Assembly: GCA_964565195.1 (NCBI GenBank)
Contig: CAZMCQ010000001.1
Location: 61,153-125,152, forward strand
Length of the DNA: 64,000 nt
Direction of reading: 5' to 3'
From: an uncultured Candidatus Saccharibacteria bacterium
GTDB taxonomy: Bacteria > Patescibacteriota > Doudnabacteria > UBA920 > 2-01-FULL-46-14
The notes beneath the pieces are model-generated. The model was given only the letters and a program-made list of their open reading frames with translations, did no database searches and had not been told where the DNA came from. The first letter of the stretch is position 1. Every line of letters begins with the position of its first letter. The position numbers and the translations under genes are program-made. This document shows positions 16,558 to 25,850 of the stretch, piece after piece.

Positions 16558-17199
16558 TTAACTCGTCCTTTCTGGAATTTCTGTAAGTTCGATCACAACC
16601 TGGCACGCTTTGGAAAAATCATGGTCTAGGTTGTATTCATGTCGGAAAGTGATGACCTTGAGCCCTGCAGTGCTTGCCGCTTCAACTCCTGACCACGAAT
16701 CCTCAACTGCCACCCCCGCCAGCGATTGAGTCTCAAGATCAGCCACGGCCTTAAGGTAACCATCCGGCGCCGGTTTGGGGCGAATCACGTCATCGCCGCA
16801 GACCACTGTGTCAAAAAACGGCACAAGTCCCGCTCTGACCAGCGGCGGCAGCACCTCCAGCCGCGGACTGGAAGAAACCACAGCCTGCAAATATCTGCGC
16901 GTTTGCAATCTGCAAAGAGTCTTCATTACTCCCGGCGTAGGGGCAAGACTCCTCAACTTTTGCTGGAAAACTTTCTGAAAAATCCGGGTATACTTTTCCG
17001 GCGTAGCCTTAATCCCGCTTGCCTGGATAAATTCAGCGCGCACCTCTTCGTGCGCTCGGCCGGCACCTTTGATTTTCCTGTAGAAATCAGGAGAAATCTG
17101 CCCGCCCAAAGCGTGCACCACCTCTTGATGCGTCTCGTCCCGCAGCCCTTCAGTCGGAAACAACACTCCGTCAAAATCCCATAACACTGCTCGTCTCAT
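16558..17199 (-). CDS. HAD-superfamily hydrolase (beta-phosphoglucomutase-like subfamily)
   Basis: Carries the DxDG motif in VLWDFDGVLF. Start at the Met at 17199 with AAGGGAGG upstream. The track ORF used an upstream TTG. Confidence 0.8.
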   Translation of the reverse strand: MRRAVLWDFDGVLFPTEGLRDETHQEVVHALGGQISPDFYRKIKGAGRAHEEVRAEFIQASGIKATPEKYTRIFQKVFQQKLRSLAPTPGVMKTLCRLQTRRYLQAVVSSSPRLEVLPPLVRAGLVPFFDTVVCGDDVIRPKPAPDGYLKAVADLETQSLAGVAVEDSWSGVEAASTAGLKVITFRHEYNLDHDFSKACQVVIELTEIPERTS

Positions 17200-17282
17200 A
17201 AGTCCTCCCTTTTTCTTCCAGCATAACCATCGCATTAACCTTCTTTCTTTACTGTAAGGCAAATTACAAATCAAAAAGCCCT

Positions 17283-17310
17283 ATTTATCGGGGCTTTTTT
17301 GATACGGCTT
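17283..17310 (-). terminator. Intrinsic terminator (GCCCC-ATAAATAG-GGGC plus U-tract) following the 11-aa ORF
   Basis: AAAAAGCCCTATTTATCGGGGCTTTTTT is symmetric with A/T flanks. Confidence 0.55.
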
Positions 17311-17325
17311 AAAGCTTAGCAGCCG

Positions 17326-17361
17326 CAGCCGTCTTTGTGATCGCCAGACATGGTTTATTCT
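17326..17361 (-). CDS. 11-codon micro-ORF MSGDHKDGCGC with canonical SD and its own terminator
   Basis: AAAGGAGA lies 8 nt upstream of the ATG at 17359-17361. Stop TAA, then a terminator hairpin about 15 nt downstream. The DHKD...CGC composition echoes the His-rich peptide at 11032-11166. Confidence 0.3.
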
Positions 17362-17588
17362 CCTTTCTTTAATAATTAAAGTTTAAAGGTTAATGATTAA
17401 CAGGCTGATTATAACTTGGGGCCAAAACCCCGGCTGTGATATGGTTCACATTCTGGCGGCACTTTTTTCCGAATGCCGCTCTTCTCTGGCTGTTCCTAAA
17501 ATAATCGGGGTTTTATTCGGCGCTGTGAACTGGATTACATCACTTTTTAATTAGGGTTTGCTATAATTTGCCAGAAAGGAGAGAATAA

Positions 17589-18629
17589 ATGAAGAAAATT
17601 AGATTGGCAATCTTAGGCTACGGCAATGTGCCAAATGCCGTTCTGCGTTACATGGAAGAGGGCGCGGCGCAGCAAGCGCTCAAGGCCGCTGACATTGAGT
17701 TCGTCATTACCGGCGTTACGACCGGCAGTCGCGGCAATGCGATTGACGAGTCTGGAATTTCCCTTCAAAAACTGGAAGCAGTGGGCAAGGAGGGCAAAAT
17801 CTCTGACTTGAACAAAGGGCCTGCCACGAAAGATAATCTGGAGTTTATTGCTCAAGTGCCGGCAGACATTCTGTTTGTGGCAACTCCCGCCAGCGTGCCG
17901 TCTCTGGAGGAGATCAAAGCAGCCATGAAGCGAAACATGAGTGTAGCGACCTCAAATAAAACTCCCGTGGCAAATCACTTCCGGGAGTTAACTAAGCTGG
18001 CTAAGGAATTTGGAGTTCAGTTTCGCTTCGGTGCGACGGTACTGGCTGGTTACCCGCCCTGGGGACAATACTTTGAATCCGTCACCCGTCCGGAGATTTC
18101 AGAATTGGAAATTGTGGTCAATGCTACATCCAATAACATCTTGACCATGATGCTGGAGCGAGGCTGGTCTTTTGAACAAGGAGTGGCAGAGGCCCAGCGT
18201 CTGGGAATCGCGGAACGCGACCCCTCGGATGACGTGGATGGCCACGATACCCAAAAGAAACTAGCGATCATCGCCAATGTCTTAATGGGTGCTGACTTGA
18301 CGCCAGATGATATTCCCACCAAAGGCATTCGCGACATCACCCTGGAGCAGCTCAAGAAAGCAGACCAGGAAGGCAAGTGGATTCAGCTCATGGGCCGCGC
18401 CTGGAAGGACGATTCTAGCCAGGTCAAAGCCGAGGTCAAGCCAGTTGAGGTTGGTAATCCGTTCTTCGTGGGAATACGACAAACTTCCATGGGGATCTAT
18501 TTCCAAACACCGGCCGCCGACTTCGGCATTAGACTTAATCTGAAAGAAGGCCAGCGCGCCATCATGGCCACGGCCGCCGGTGTCTTTGAAGACCTCTTGA
18601 CCATTGCCAGACGATTGCCAAACGCCTAA
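17589..18629 (+). CDS. hom: Homoserine dehydrogenase
   Basis: N-terminal NAD-binding Rossmann region (IRLAILGYGNV) and the catalytic-domain motif DVDGHDTQKKLAIIA. 346 aa. Confidence 0.85.
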   Translation: MKKIRLAILGYGNVPNAVLRYMEEGAAQQALKAADIEFVITGVTTGSRGNAIDESGISLQKLEAVGKEGKISDLNKGPATKDNLEFIAQVPADILFVATPASVPSLEEIKAAMKRNMSVATSNKTPVANHFRELTKLAKEFGVQFRFGATVLAGYPPWGQYFESVTRPEISELEIVVNATSNNILTMMLERGWSFEQGVAEAQRLGIAERDPSDDVDGHDTQKKLAIIANVLMGADLTPDDIPTKGIRDITLEQLKKADQEGKWIQLMGRAWKDDSSQVKAEVKPVEVGNPFFVGIRQTSMGIYFQTPAADFGIRLNLKEGQRAIMATAAGVFEDLLTIARRLPNA

Positions 18630-18632
18630 ACA

Positions 18633-18670
18633 AAAAGAGCTAACCGAGAAAGTCTCCGGTTAGCTCTTTT
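18633..18670. terminator. Bidirectional terminator between convergent hom and yjeF-N genes
   Basis: 14-bp inverted repeat GAGCTAACCGGAGA/TCTCCGGTTAGCTC flanked by A and T tracts. Confidence 0.6.
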
Positions 18671-19259
18671 AAATTTCCAGTAAGCCTGGTTGAGTAAAAT
18701 CAGGGCGGCTACTATTCCTGATTTTATCGTACAAAAATTCCGGTATGCCGATGTCAGCCAAAAAAACGCGGCCGCTTTTCTTCCTTGCTTCTTTTTTTAA
18801 AAATGCCCGCTTGGGAAGCGCCAAAGTCAAAGTCGCAAAAGCCCTGATACAGGGAGCAAAATATTTACCGGTTGTGGCGTCAACGCCGGAAGGCAAATCG
18901 TAAGCAACCACTTTTTTACCGCAGTTATTTATCCATTCAATCGCTTCCCTAAATTTCCCGCGGGGAGCACCATTCAAATGATATCCTATCAGAGCATCAA
19001 TAATCACCCCGGCCTCTCGCGGCATCACTGAAACCCTATACCCATGATTAGTCAAGTGTCTGGCGGCTGACAAACCATCGCCTCCTTTGTTGCCCTTGCC
19101 GCAGACAACGACAATTTTCGTCTTTTTGGGAATTTTTAAAAGCTCAAACAGAGAAACCATATGCCAACCTGCCAATTCCATCATCTGTAAGACCGAAAGG
19201 CCGTTTTTCACGGCCAATTCATCAAGTCTTTCCATCTCCTTGGCAGTGGCAAAATACAT
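18669..19259 (-). CDS. NAD(P)H-hydrate epimerase (YjeF N-terminal domain protein)
   Basis: KIVVVCGKGNKGGDGLSAARHL is the YjeF-N signature. 196 aa. Confidence 0.8.
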   Translation of the reverse strand: MYFATAKEMERLDELAVKNGLSVLQMMELAGWHMVSLFELLKIPKKTKIVVVCGKGNKGGDGLSAARHLTNHGYRVSVMPREAGVIIDALIGYHLNGAPRGKFREAIEWINNCGKKVVAYDLPSGVDATTGKYFAPCIRAFATLTLALPKRAFLKKEARKKSGRVFLADIGIPEFLYDKIRNSSRPDFTQPGLLEI

Positions 19260-19409
19260 CTGCTTTAGTTATTATTCAGTTTAAGTTCCTGCTCAATCAA
19301 ATTTTCAAAGACATAGAGCGGCTGGGCGCCGGGAATAAGCCTGCCGTTTAAGAAAAAAGCCGGCGTGCCATTATAAAATCTAGATTATGAATGCGGCTTC
19401 TGACGGGAT

Positions 19410-20174
19410 TCATAAGTGCTCAAGTAAACTTTCATACTCTAGAAAATCAAAAAGCTGGTAAGCATACCCCAGCCAGGCCGCGAACTGGTTGGTGGCTAGC
19501 AGAATTCCCAGGAAAATAAGGAATATTCCGCCAATTATATTTAAGTACCGGCTAATCTTGCGAAGAAAATTGCCAACCGATCCGATTCCCGCGGCGATCA
19601 GCAAAAAGGGAATTGCCAGTCCGGCGGAAAATATGGCAAGCAAAACCGCTCCCTGCCCCACAGTTGTTGAGCTGGATGCCAGCAGCAGCACTGACCCAAG
19701 GACCGGACCGACACAAGGACTCCAGCCAAAAGCAAAGGCGCTGCCGAAAAGCAGCGAACTGACGGGTTTCCCGGGAGTCAGCCATTTACCAACTGACACC
19801 TGTTTTTCGGCTTGCAAAAAATTAAAGATCGGGAGTTTTAAAATTCCCAGCATATACAGGCCGAAAAATATTACAAAAAAGCCGCCGATTCTGGAAAGCC
19901 AGATTCGATATTGAGCAAGAGCCGCGCCGCCCAGACCAAACAGGCTTCCAAGCAGAATAAATACCAGACTAAAGCCGATGACATAAAACAGGCCATTGAG
20001 GAAAACCCTCCGCCTGGCCCGGGCATGGGTTTCCGGATTATTCAAATCCTGCGCAGAAACACCGCTGATGAAACTCAAATACCCGGGCACCAGCGGCAAA
20101 GTGCAGGGAGCCAGGAATGTGAGAATTCCGGCAATAAATGCCGGAATGGCGAGTGATAAAACTTCTAATTCCAT
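19410..20174 (-). CDS. ccdA: Cytochrome c-type biogenesis protein CcdA (DsbD-family transmembrane thiol-disulfide electron transporter)
   Basis: LAPCTLPLVPGYLSFISG and a second conserved Cys in WSPCVGP. About 6 TM. Confidence 0.85.
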   Translation of the reverse strand: MELEVLSLAIPAFIAGILTFLAPCTLPLVPGYLSFISGVSAQDLNNPETHARARRRVFLNGLFYVIGFSLVFILLGSLFGLGGAALAQYRIWLSRIGGFFVIFFGLYMLGILKLPIFNFLQAEKQVSVGKWLTPGKPVSSLLFGSAFAFGWSPCVGPVLGSVLLLASSSTTVGQGAVLLAIFSAGLAIPFLLIAAGIGSVGNFLRKISRYLNIIGGIFLIFLGILLATNQFAAWLGYAYQLFDFLEYESLLEHL

Positions 20175-20177
20175 AAA

Positions 20178-20690
20178 TTAATTCGTAATCTTCTTAATTC
20201 TTTCCCTAATTTCATCTGCTTTCATTGGGCCTCTCTTGTGATCCCTAATATTGCCGTCTTTATCTACGAATATAGTCTCGGGCATGGAGAATCCGCCAAT
20301 GGAGGCATAAAAGGAATCATTCGGGTCAGACAAGAAAATCAAATCACTCGTCACGCTGATTTCGTCTGTAAAATTCTTTTGCACTGAAATTGGCTCAGCG
20401 CGGTCAATGGCTATGATCACCACCTCATCTCCAAATTCTTTTTGCACTGCGGCAAAATCTTTGAGTTCCTCGCGGCAGAAGGGGCACCACACAGCCCAGG
20501 AATTTATAACTCGCGGCTTGCCCGAGAAGTCAGCCAAACTCACTGTATTGCCATTAAAATCCCGCAGACTAAATTCCGGCGCTCTGCCTAAAACTTGTGA
20601 TTCAGACAATGATTCCTGGTTATTGTTCCTGACAATCAGGGCAATTAACCCAACTGCTGCAATAACTATAATTATAATAATTTTTTTCAT
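20178..20690 (-). CDS. TlpA/ResA-like thiol-disulfide oxidoreductase (membrane-anchored thioredoxin fold, WCPFC)
   Basis: Start at MKKIIIII, N-terminal TM, WAVWCPFCREE active site. Confidence 0.8.
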   Translation of the reverse strand: MKKIIIIIVIAAVGLIALIVRNNNQESLSESQVLGRAPEFSLRDFNGNTVSLADFSGKPRVINSWAVWCPFCREELKDFAAVQKEFGDEVVIIAIDRAEPISVQKNFTDEISVTSDLIFLSDPNDSFYASIGGFSMPETIFVDKDGNIRDHKRGPMKADEIRERIKKITN

Positions 20691-21649
20691 TGGAATAGTT
20701 CCGTCTCCGGATGTACGGCTGACCAGGAAAACCAAAACGCGGAAAACGGATTGATTCTCGCACCATCGGAAAACATGCGCACCACATCCAGCTCTTTGTC
20801 ATGTTCAAGAATGATTGTTCTGCCCTGAAATTCATCTTCCACTCGACCTTTCTGCTTCACGGCATCCACGTGATAAGCCTTGGCTTTCCCGTCAATAACA
20901 ATACCGAAGACAAACGCGTCTGGGTCCAACCGGTCGTCTCTGGAACCCGCTAGCGAGCGGGCAAAGCCTGCTGAAGAAAAATAATCGCCATAAGGATTCT
21001 GACCATAAAATCTCGCCGCCCCGGTGTCACGGGAAAGCACCTCGCCTTCCGGATATTTCTTTTTCCATTCGCCAAACCGCATCTGGTCTGAAGGAAGTAC
21101 CGCAAGTTTTGTCCCGGTCATCTCTCCCACAATCGCCTCGCCTAAAATCTGCGACCACAGGGAATCTGTTTTTCTGTCATACATAACCAAATTGGATTTG
21201 TACAACTTTCCAGAGGTTCCAAACTCCACTCTCTCGTCTTTGACCACTGGATCAAATACAAAACCCGTCAAACACAAAGGACAGTAGGTAACCAAAATGC
21301 GCTGCCCCGCGACAATATCATTGACAATCTCATGCCAGACCATAATTTGATAGGGATAAAATCTGTGCTTATTTCCCCTGGAAAATGCTATGCCCGGATC
21401 ACCGTCGGAAAGAAAATCGGCCTCCGCCACCGAAATGAACTTCGGCTGGTCAATTGAGGGAATGCCATCTTTAGGAGGTCCGCCGGATTTAATCTCCTCA
21501 AGCGGCACACTGCGCTTGCTATTTTCAGTAATCATAAGTGATTTTCCTCGAAAAAAGTCTTGCCAGACAAAATAGCCGCCGACCAGCAAAACGAAAATTA
21601 AAATTAAGCTCCTACCGGTTTTCCCAAATATGTCTTTTTTGATCGGCAT
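20687..21649 (-). CDS. DUF3179-like protein (N-terminal TM, conserved CPLC)
   Basis: GIPSIDQPKF...LVTYCPLCLTG. 320 aa. The DUF3179 assignment is from memory of that family's motifs. Confidence 0.6.
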   Translation of the reverse strand: MPIKKDIFGKTGRSLILIFVLLVGGYFVWQDFFRGKSLMITENSKRSVPLEEIKSGGPPKDGIPSIDQPKFISVAEADFLSDGDPGIAFSRGNKHRFYPYQIMVWHEIVNDIVAGQRILVTYCPLCLTGFVFDPVVKDERVEFGTSGKLYKSNLVMYDRKTDSLWSQILGEAIVGEMTGTKLAVLPSDQMRFGEWKKKYPEGEVLSRDTGAARFYGQNPYGDYFSSAGFARSLAGSRDDRLDPDAFVFGIVIDGKAKAYHVDAVKQKGRVEDEFQGRTIILEHDKELDVVRMFSDGARINPFSAFWFSWSAVHPETELFQ

Positions 21650-21658
21650 GCTGCGCGA

Positions 21659-23071
21659 TTAATTGCCATATTGTTTATCAGCCACGTTTTTAACGGTTTG
21701 CGAAAGCAATCGCTCGGTGACAAAGCTTACCGCCTCGGCCATAGTGGGAAAAGCATGGATCATGGTCGCGAGTTTCTGGACAGGGATTTCCGCAAAGATG
21801 GCCAGCGCCAGTTCATGAATCACTTCTCCAGCCTGGCTGCCGGCCATGTGCGCTCCGAGGAGTTGGCCAGATTTTTTATCAACGATAATTTTTATAAAAC
21901 CCCCGGTTTCGCGCACCGTCAAACCTCGGCCCATAACGCCGAGAGGATATGAAGCAGCCAGGTAATCCAAATTTTGCTGTTTAGCTTCCTGTTCAGTGAG
22001 TCCCACACTGCCGACTTCCGGATGGGTAAAGGTTGCCCGCGGTACCACGCGGTAGTCAGGTTTTTTCAATTCCCCCGGGTGAGTCAAATTCCAGCCGACA
22101 ATATCGCCCTCATAGGCCGCGACGTGCGTGAACAGAAATCGTCCGGCCGCATCCCCAGCCGCCCAGATATGCGGCTGGCTCGTCTGTAAATAATCGTTTA
22201 GCACCAGCCGGCCCCGCTCATCGAGTTTTACCCGGGCTTTTTCCAGATGCATGTTCGCCAAATCTGCGCGCCGGCCGGGCACTACCAAAATTTCATCAAC
22301 TGCCAATTTCTCTTGCCCGTTTTTTGTTTGGACTGTTAAAGTTTTTCCGGCGTTGTCTTTTTCAGCTTTAACCACTTCGCTATTAACCAAAATTTTTATT
22401 CCTTGCCGGTTAAAAGATTCGGTGATAGCTTTCTGGGTCTCCCAATCCTCGCGGTCCAAAATCACAGGCCCGCGCTGGATCAGGAATACGTCGGAATGAA
22501 GCCGGATGAACAGCTGTGCATATTCACAGCCAACCGGTCCAGCCCCGATAATAGCGATCCGCCTCGGTTGCTTATCAAGCATACTGGCCTCAATGCTGTT
22601 AATGAATCCGGCGGTCTCTAAACCGGAGATGGGGGGAATGAACGGATCAGAGCCAGAGGCAATCACAAATTGTTCGCCCGAATAATTTTCATCGTCAACC
22701 CGAAGCGTATGTTCGTCGATAAAACTGGCCTCTCCTTTGAGATATGCAACACCGGCGCGTTCCAAAGCGCGCTCCAGCCGCGGTGAGCCCGTGAGTTTTT
22801 GCACGATCATATCTTTTGACGCCATCATCATGGGCCAAGATGCCTTTGCTCCGGTCACGCTGATGCCAAAATCCCTGGCCTGCTCGGTCAAATGAAAAAT
22901 TTCCGCGGCGCGCAGTAATGCCTTGGACGGGAGACAGGCATAGTTTGGACACTCGCCACCGAGTTTGTGCTTTTCGGCCAAGGCCACGCTCAAACTTGCC
23001 TCCCGCGCTTTGTAGGCGGCGACAAAGCCAGCGCTGCCGCCGCCGATTACAATTAGGTCGTATCGTTTCAT
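21659..23071 (-). CDS. FAD-dependent pyridine nucleotide-disulfide oxidoreductase (class I, Lpd/MerA-like) with variant redox-active site CPNYAC
   Basis: FAD site DLIVIGGGSAGF, active site GGECPNYACLPSK, NAD site IAIIGAGPVG, C-terminal interface motif IHAFPTMAE. 470 aa. No MerA-type C-terminal Cys pair. Confidence 0.85.
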   Translation of the reverse strand: MKRYDLIVIGGGSAGFVAAYKAREASLSVALAEKHKLGGECPNYACLPSKALLRAAEIFHLTEQARDFGISVTGAKASWPMMMASKDMIVQKLTGSPRLERALERAGVAYLKGEASFIDEHTLRVDDENYSGEQFVIASGSDPFIPPISGLETAGFINSIEASMLDKQPRRIAIIGAGPVGCEYAQLFIRLHSDVFLIQRGPVILDREDWETQKAITESFNRQGIKILVNSEVVKAEKDNAGKTLTVQTKNGQEKLAVDEILVVPGRRADLANMHLEKARVKLDERGRLVLNDYLQTSQPHIWAAGDAAGRFLFTHVAAYEGDIVGWNLTHPGELKKPDYRVVPRATFTHPEVGSVGLTEQEAKQQNLDYLAASYPLGVMGRGLTVRETGGFIKIIVDKKSGQLLGAHMAGSQAGEVIHELALAIFAEIPVQKLATMIHAFPTMAEAVSFVTERLLSQTVKNVADKQYGN

Positions 23072-23188
23072 TTATTTATTTTCCATTTCCATGGCTTGCT
23101 TATGTTTATCGTCACCCTTCTCCGCTTCTTCTTTGGTATGATCCATCACGTCATCGGCCTCTATGTTGCAAACTGGGCAGTGCGGCAT
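23072..23188 (-). CDS. CPVC micro-protein (38 aa), first gene after arsR, abutting the disulfide reductase
   Basis: Manual translation gives MPHCPVCNIEADDVMDHTKEEAEKGDDKHKQAMEMENK. SD AAAGGGGGTGA sits before the ATG at 23186-23188. Its stop TAA directly abuts the reductase ATG as TAAATG. Confidence 0.5.
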   Translation of the reverse strand: MPHCPVCNIEADDVMDHTKEEAEKGDDKHKQAMEMENK

Positions 23189-23281
23189 AGTCTTTCACCC
23201 CCTTTCGATGTAAATAAATAATGACAACTGGCATTATCTGCAAAAAGGACACATATTTTTGCTCCTTTCTCAAATTAAAAA

Positions 23282-23590
23282 TTATCCGCAGACGATTTTT
23301 TTGAGTTTTTTTGTAAAGTCGCTGTTTACCAGTGAATAGCAGATATTCTGCCCCATGCGCCTCGTTTCCACCAAGCCATTGTCCTTCAAAAGCTGCAAAT
23401 GGTGGGAAATGGCCGAGACAGTCATATTTAGGCTTTCGGCAATATCGCTCACACAGACATCCTCGTACTGATAAAGCGCGCACAGGATTCGTACGCGGGT
23501 CGGATCGCCGGCGAGCTCCAAAAGCCGGGCTTTTTCCTCCAAATTCTGGCTTAATTGAATTTTTCTTAAAGTTGGGCTTTTATAATTCAT
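23282..23590 (-). CDS. ArsR/SmtB-family transcriptional regulator
   Basis: HTH region ILCALYQYEDVCVSDIAESLNMTVSAISHHLQLL. 102 aa. TATAAT and a TTCAA-N7-TTCAA repeat sit in its leader. Confidence 0.85.
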   Translation of the reverse strand: MNYKSPTLRKIQLSQNLEEKARLLELAGDPTRVRILCALYQYEDVCVSDIAESLNMTVSAISHHLQLLKDNGLVETRRMGQNICYSLVNSDFTKKLKKIVCG

Positions 23591-23638
23591 TACAATATTT
23601 GAACGAATACTTGAATTATAGCACCACCAAATTTCTTG

Positions 23639-24934
23639 TCAAGGGCTCCGCATCCTCCCGAAGCCCACGGTGTCGCGCGCCCACTCGTCCGGAGTGCCGG
23701 AAAGAGCAGCGCGGCGGATCGCGAGATCACCGTACTTTTCATTGATTTTATCCATGGCGGCAACCAGCCAAACCGGCCGTTTAAATTGCTCAAATAAAGG
23801 CTCCTGCAGCGTCTCAAAAGAAAGACCAGAGACCGAGACCCCCATGATCTTGACTGGATTCCCGCCTGCGCGGGAATGACGACTTTGTTTAAATATCTTA
23901 TAGGCCGCCCGGTAAATCATCCGCCCGTCGTTTATGAATTCCCCGATCTTGCGCTGTTTACTGAAACCCACCCACCGCTTGTCCGAATGAAAATAGTGCA
24001 CGATATTCCCGCGGGCGCCCAAGGCGCGCATCCGCCGGCCGACCTTTTCGGAGAGCTTGAACATCAGTTTTTTTATATCCGCGGTATTGGCGAGAGCTTT
24101 GGGAACGGTATAGGCATGCCCTACGGATTTTGGCGGCGGTTCGGCCTCGCGCGGAATTACTTCTGAATTATCCTGCAAATTACCCAGTTCATGCAGCACC
24201 TGCCCCCAGATGCCAAACTGATTCAAAAGATTGGCCAATGGGTAGTTAGACAAATCTTTCAAACTAAAAATTCCAAGTTTGTTCAGCGCTATCTCCAGCC
24301 GCTTCCCTATTCCAGGGACATCAGTTAATTTCAATTCTTTATAGAGTAAATGAATATGCTCTGGCTTAATCACACAGATACGATCTAAAAGATGAATGTC
24401 ATCGCGAGGACGAAGTCCGTGGCGACCCCGCGGGATTGCTTCGTGTTCGCTCGCAATGACTCCTCCATCCAGATCCGCGGCGATTTTCGCAACTAATTTA
24501 TTCGGCCCGATGCCGATCGAGCAGGACAGCCACTCCCCGACCTCCTGCCGGAGGCGCTGTTTGATCTCAAGCGCGAGCAGCAGCGCCTCTTCAAAATTCC
24601 GACAAATCTCGCTCGCATCCAAAAAGGCCTCGTCAATGCTGTACTGTTCGACGAGGTCGGTGTAGTCATGGAGGATCTGCAAAAATCGCGCCGTGGTCGC
24701 GCGATATTTCTCCGGATTAGTCGGCAGCAGAACAATCCTGGGGTAAATTTTCCGCGCGTCCCAGGTGGTCGTGCCGAGGGCGATGCCGAGGCGCTTGGCT
24801 TCCACTGACGGGGCGATGATAATGCCGCCGAGGTGCTCGCAGACCCCGACTGGCCGGCCCCGCAATCTCGGGTCGGCTTGCTGCTCGACAGAAGCAAAAT
24901 AGCTGTTCATGTCTATATGAAAAATTATTCGCAT
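23639..24934 (-). CDS. dinB: DNA polymerase IV (Y-family translesion polymerase)
   Basis: MRIIFHIDMNSYFASVEQ is the canonical DinB/UmuC N-terminus, followed by palm and little-finger regions. 431 aa. Confidence 0.9.
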   Translation of the reverse strand: MRIIFHIDMNSYFASVEQQADPRLRGRPVGVCEHLGGIIIAPSVEAKRLGIALGTTTWDARKIYPRIVLLPTNPEKYRATTARFLQILHDYTDLVEQYSIDEAFLDASEICRNFEEALLLALEIKQRLRQEVGEWLSCSIGIGPNKLVAKIAADLDGGVIASEHEAIPRGRHGLRPRDDIHLLDRICVIKPEHIHLLYKELKLTDVPGIGKRLEIALNKLGIFSLKDLSNYPLANLLNQFGIWGQVLHELGNLQDNSEVIPREAEPPPKSVGHAYTVPKALANTADIKKLMFKLSEKVGRRMRALGARGNIVHYFHSDKRWVGFSKQRKIGEFINDGRMIYRAAYKIFKQSRHSRAGGNPVKIMGVSVSGLSFETLQEPLFEQFKRPVWLVAAMDKINEKYGDLAIRRAALSGTPDEWARDTVGFGRMRSP

Positions 24935-24951
24935 AGTTTATAATATGCCTT

Positions 24952-25668
24952 ATGGCCAAACCCGAATTCGTTTTATCCAATACCACCACCTTTTTCTCCG
25001 GCAACATTGAAGCGGTTTTTAAAAAAGCCAAAAAGTTCGGCTTTAAATTTCTGGAGCTCCTTCCCTATCGCTGGAATACTCCGGAACAGATCTATAATTT
25101 ATCCCGTGAATATGGCATTGAAATCGTCGGCATCCATATGCCGCCGGCTTGGGAAAAGGCAGAAAAAGGGTTTTTCAATAAAGTCTGGGATTTTTATTTA
25201 GGTCCCGCCAAAAGCAGTCCGGGGATCCACCTCGCCGAAACACTTATGGAAACCAAACAGAATCCCGTGCCCTATCTCTTATTCCATGCCGATCTCGTAG
25301 AGCAAGTTCCGCCCGAGGAACAGGCAAGACTAAAAAACAATTTTCGCCTGGCCATAGAAAATGTTTCAAGGCAACCCCTGAAACCGCCAATAATGATCTT
25401 TGATCCCAGCCACTACCTGCTTTCCCCGCATCGCCACCCGGAAAAAGACATCGCCGAAATTTATCGGCAGCTCGAACCAGAAGTGCTGCATGTCGGTTTT
25501 GATTATCCACCCCTGCTCCATGCTTTGCCAAAGCCCAGGGAACAACGGCTGCTCCTGCGGATGCTCAAGCTCTGGCAGCCCCGCTACATTGTCATCGAAA
25601 CCAACCCGGCCGTGAGCGTCAAAAAAGCCAAAACCTTGCTTGAAGATATCGTTGCCTCAACGGGCTAA
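24952..25668 (+). CDS. Xylose-isomerase-like TIM-barrel protein (sugar phosphate isomerase/epimerase family), tentative
   Basis: Weak family pattern: FGFKFLEL, GIEIVGIHMP, LAIEN, HVGFDY. 238 aa. Confidence 0.45.
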   Translation: MAKPEFVLSNTTTFFSGNIEAVFKKAKKFGFKFLELLPYRWNTPEQIYNLSREYGIEIVGIHMPPAWEKAEKGFFNKVWDFYLGPAKSSPGIHLAETLMETKQNPVPYLLFHADLVEQVPPEEQARLKNNFRLAIENVSRQPLKPPIMIFDPSHYLLSPHRHPEKDIAEIYRQLEPEVLHVGFDYPPLLHALPKPREQRLLLRMLKLWQPRYIVIETNPAVSVKKAKTLLEDIVASTG

Positions 25669-25850
25669 AACCACATGCCGAAGCTCGCTGTTCACGATGA
25701 TCGGAATCCCCTGAATGGACTCAATCTCGCTGATCAGTTCCTGGATCCGGCAGCTGTGCGCTGCCCCCTCCTGGCAGCGGCCACAGAGATGCATTAAGGT
25801 ACGGATCGCCTGGTATTTGGTTTTATCCAACTCTGACACAAAATGTGCTC

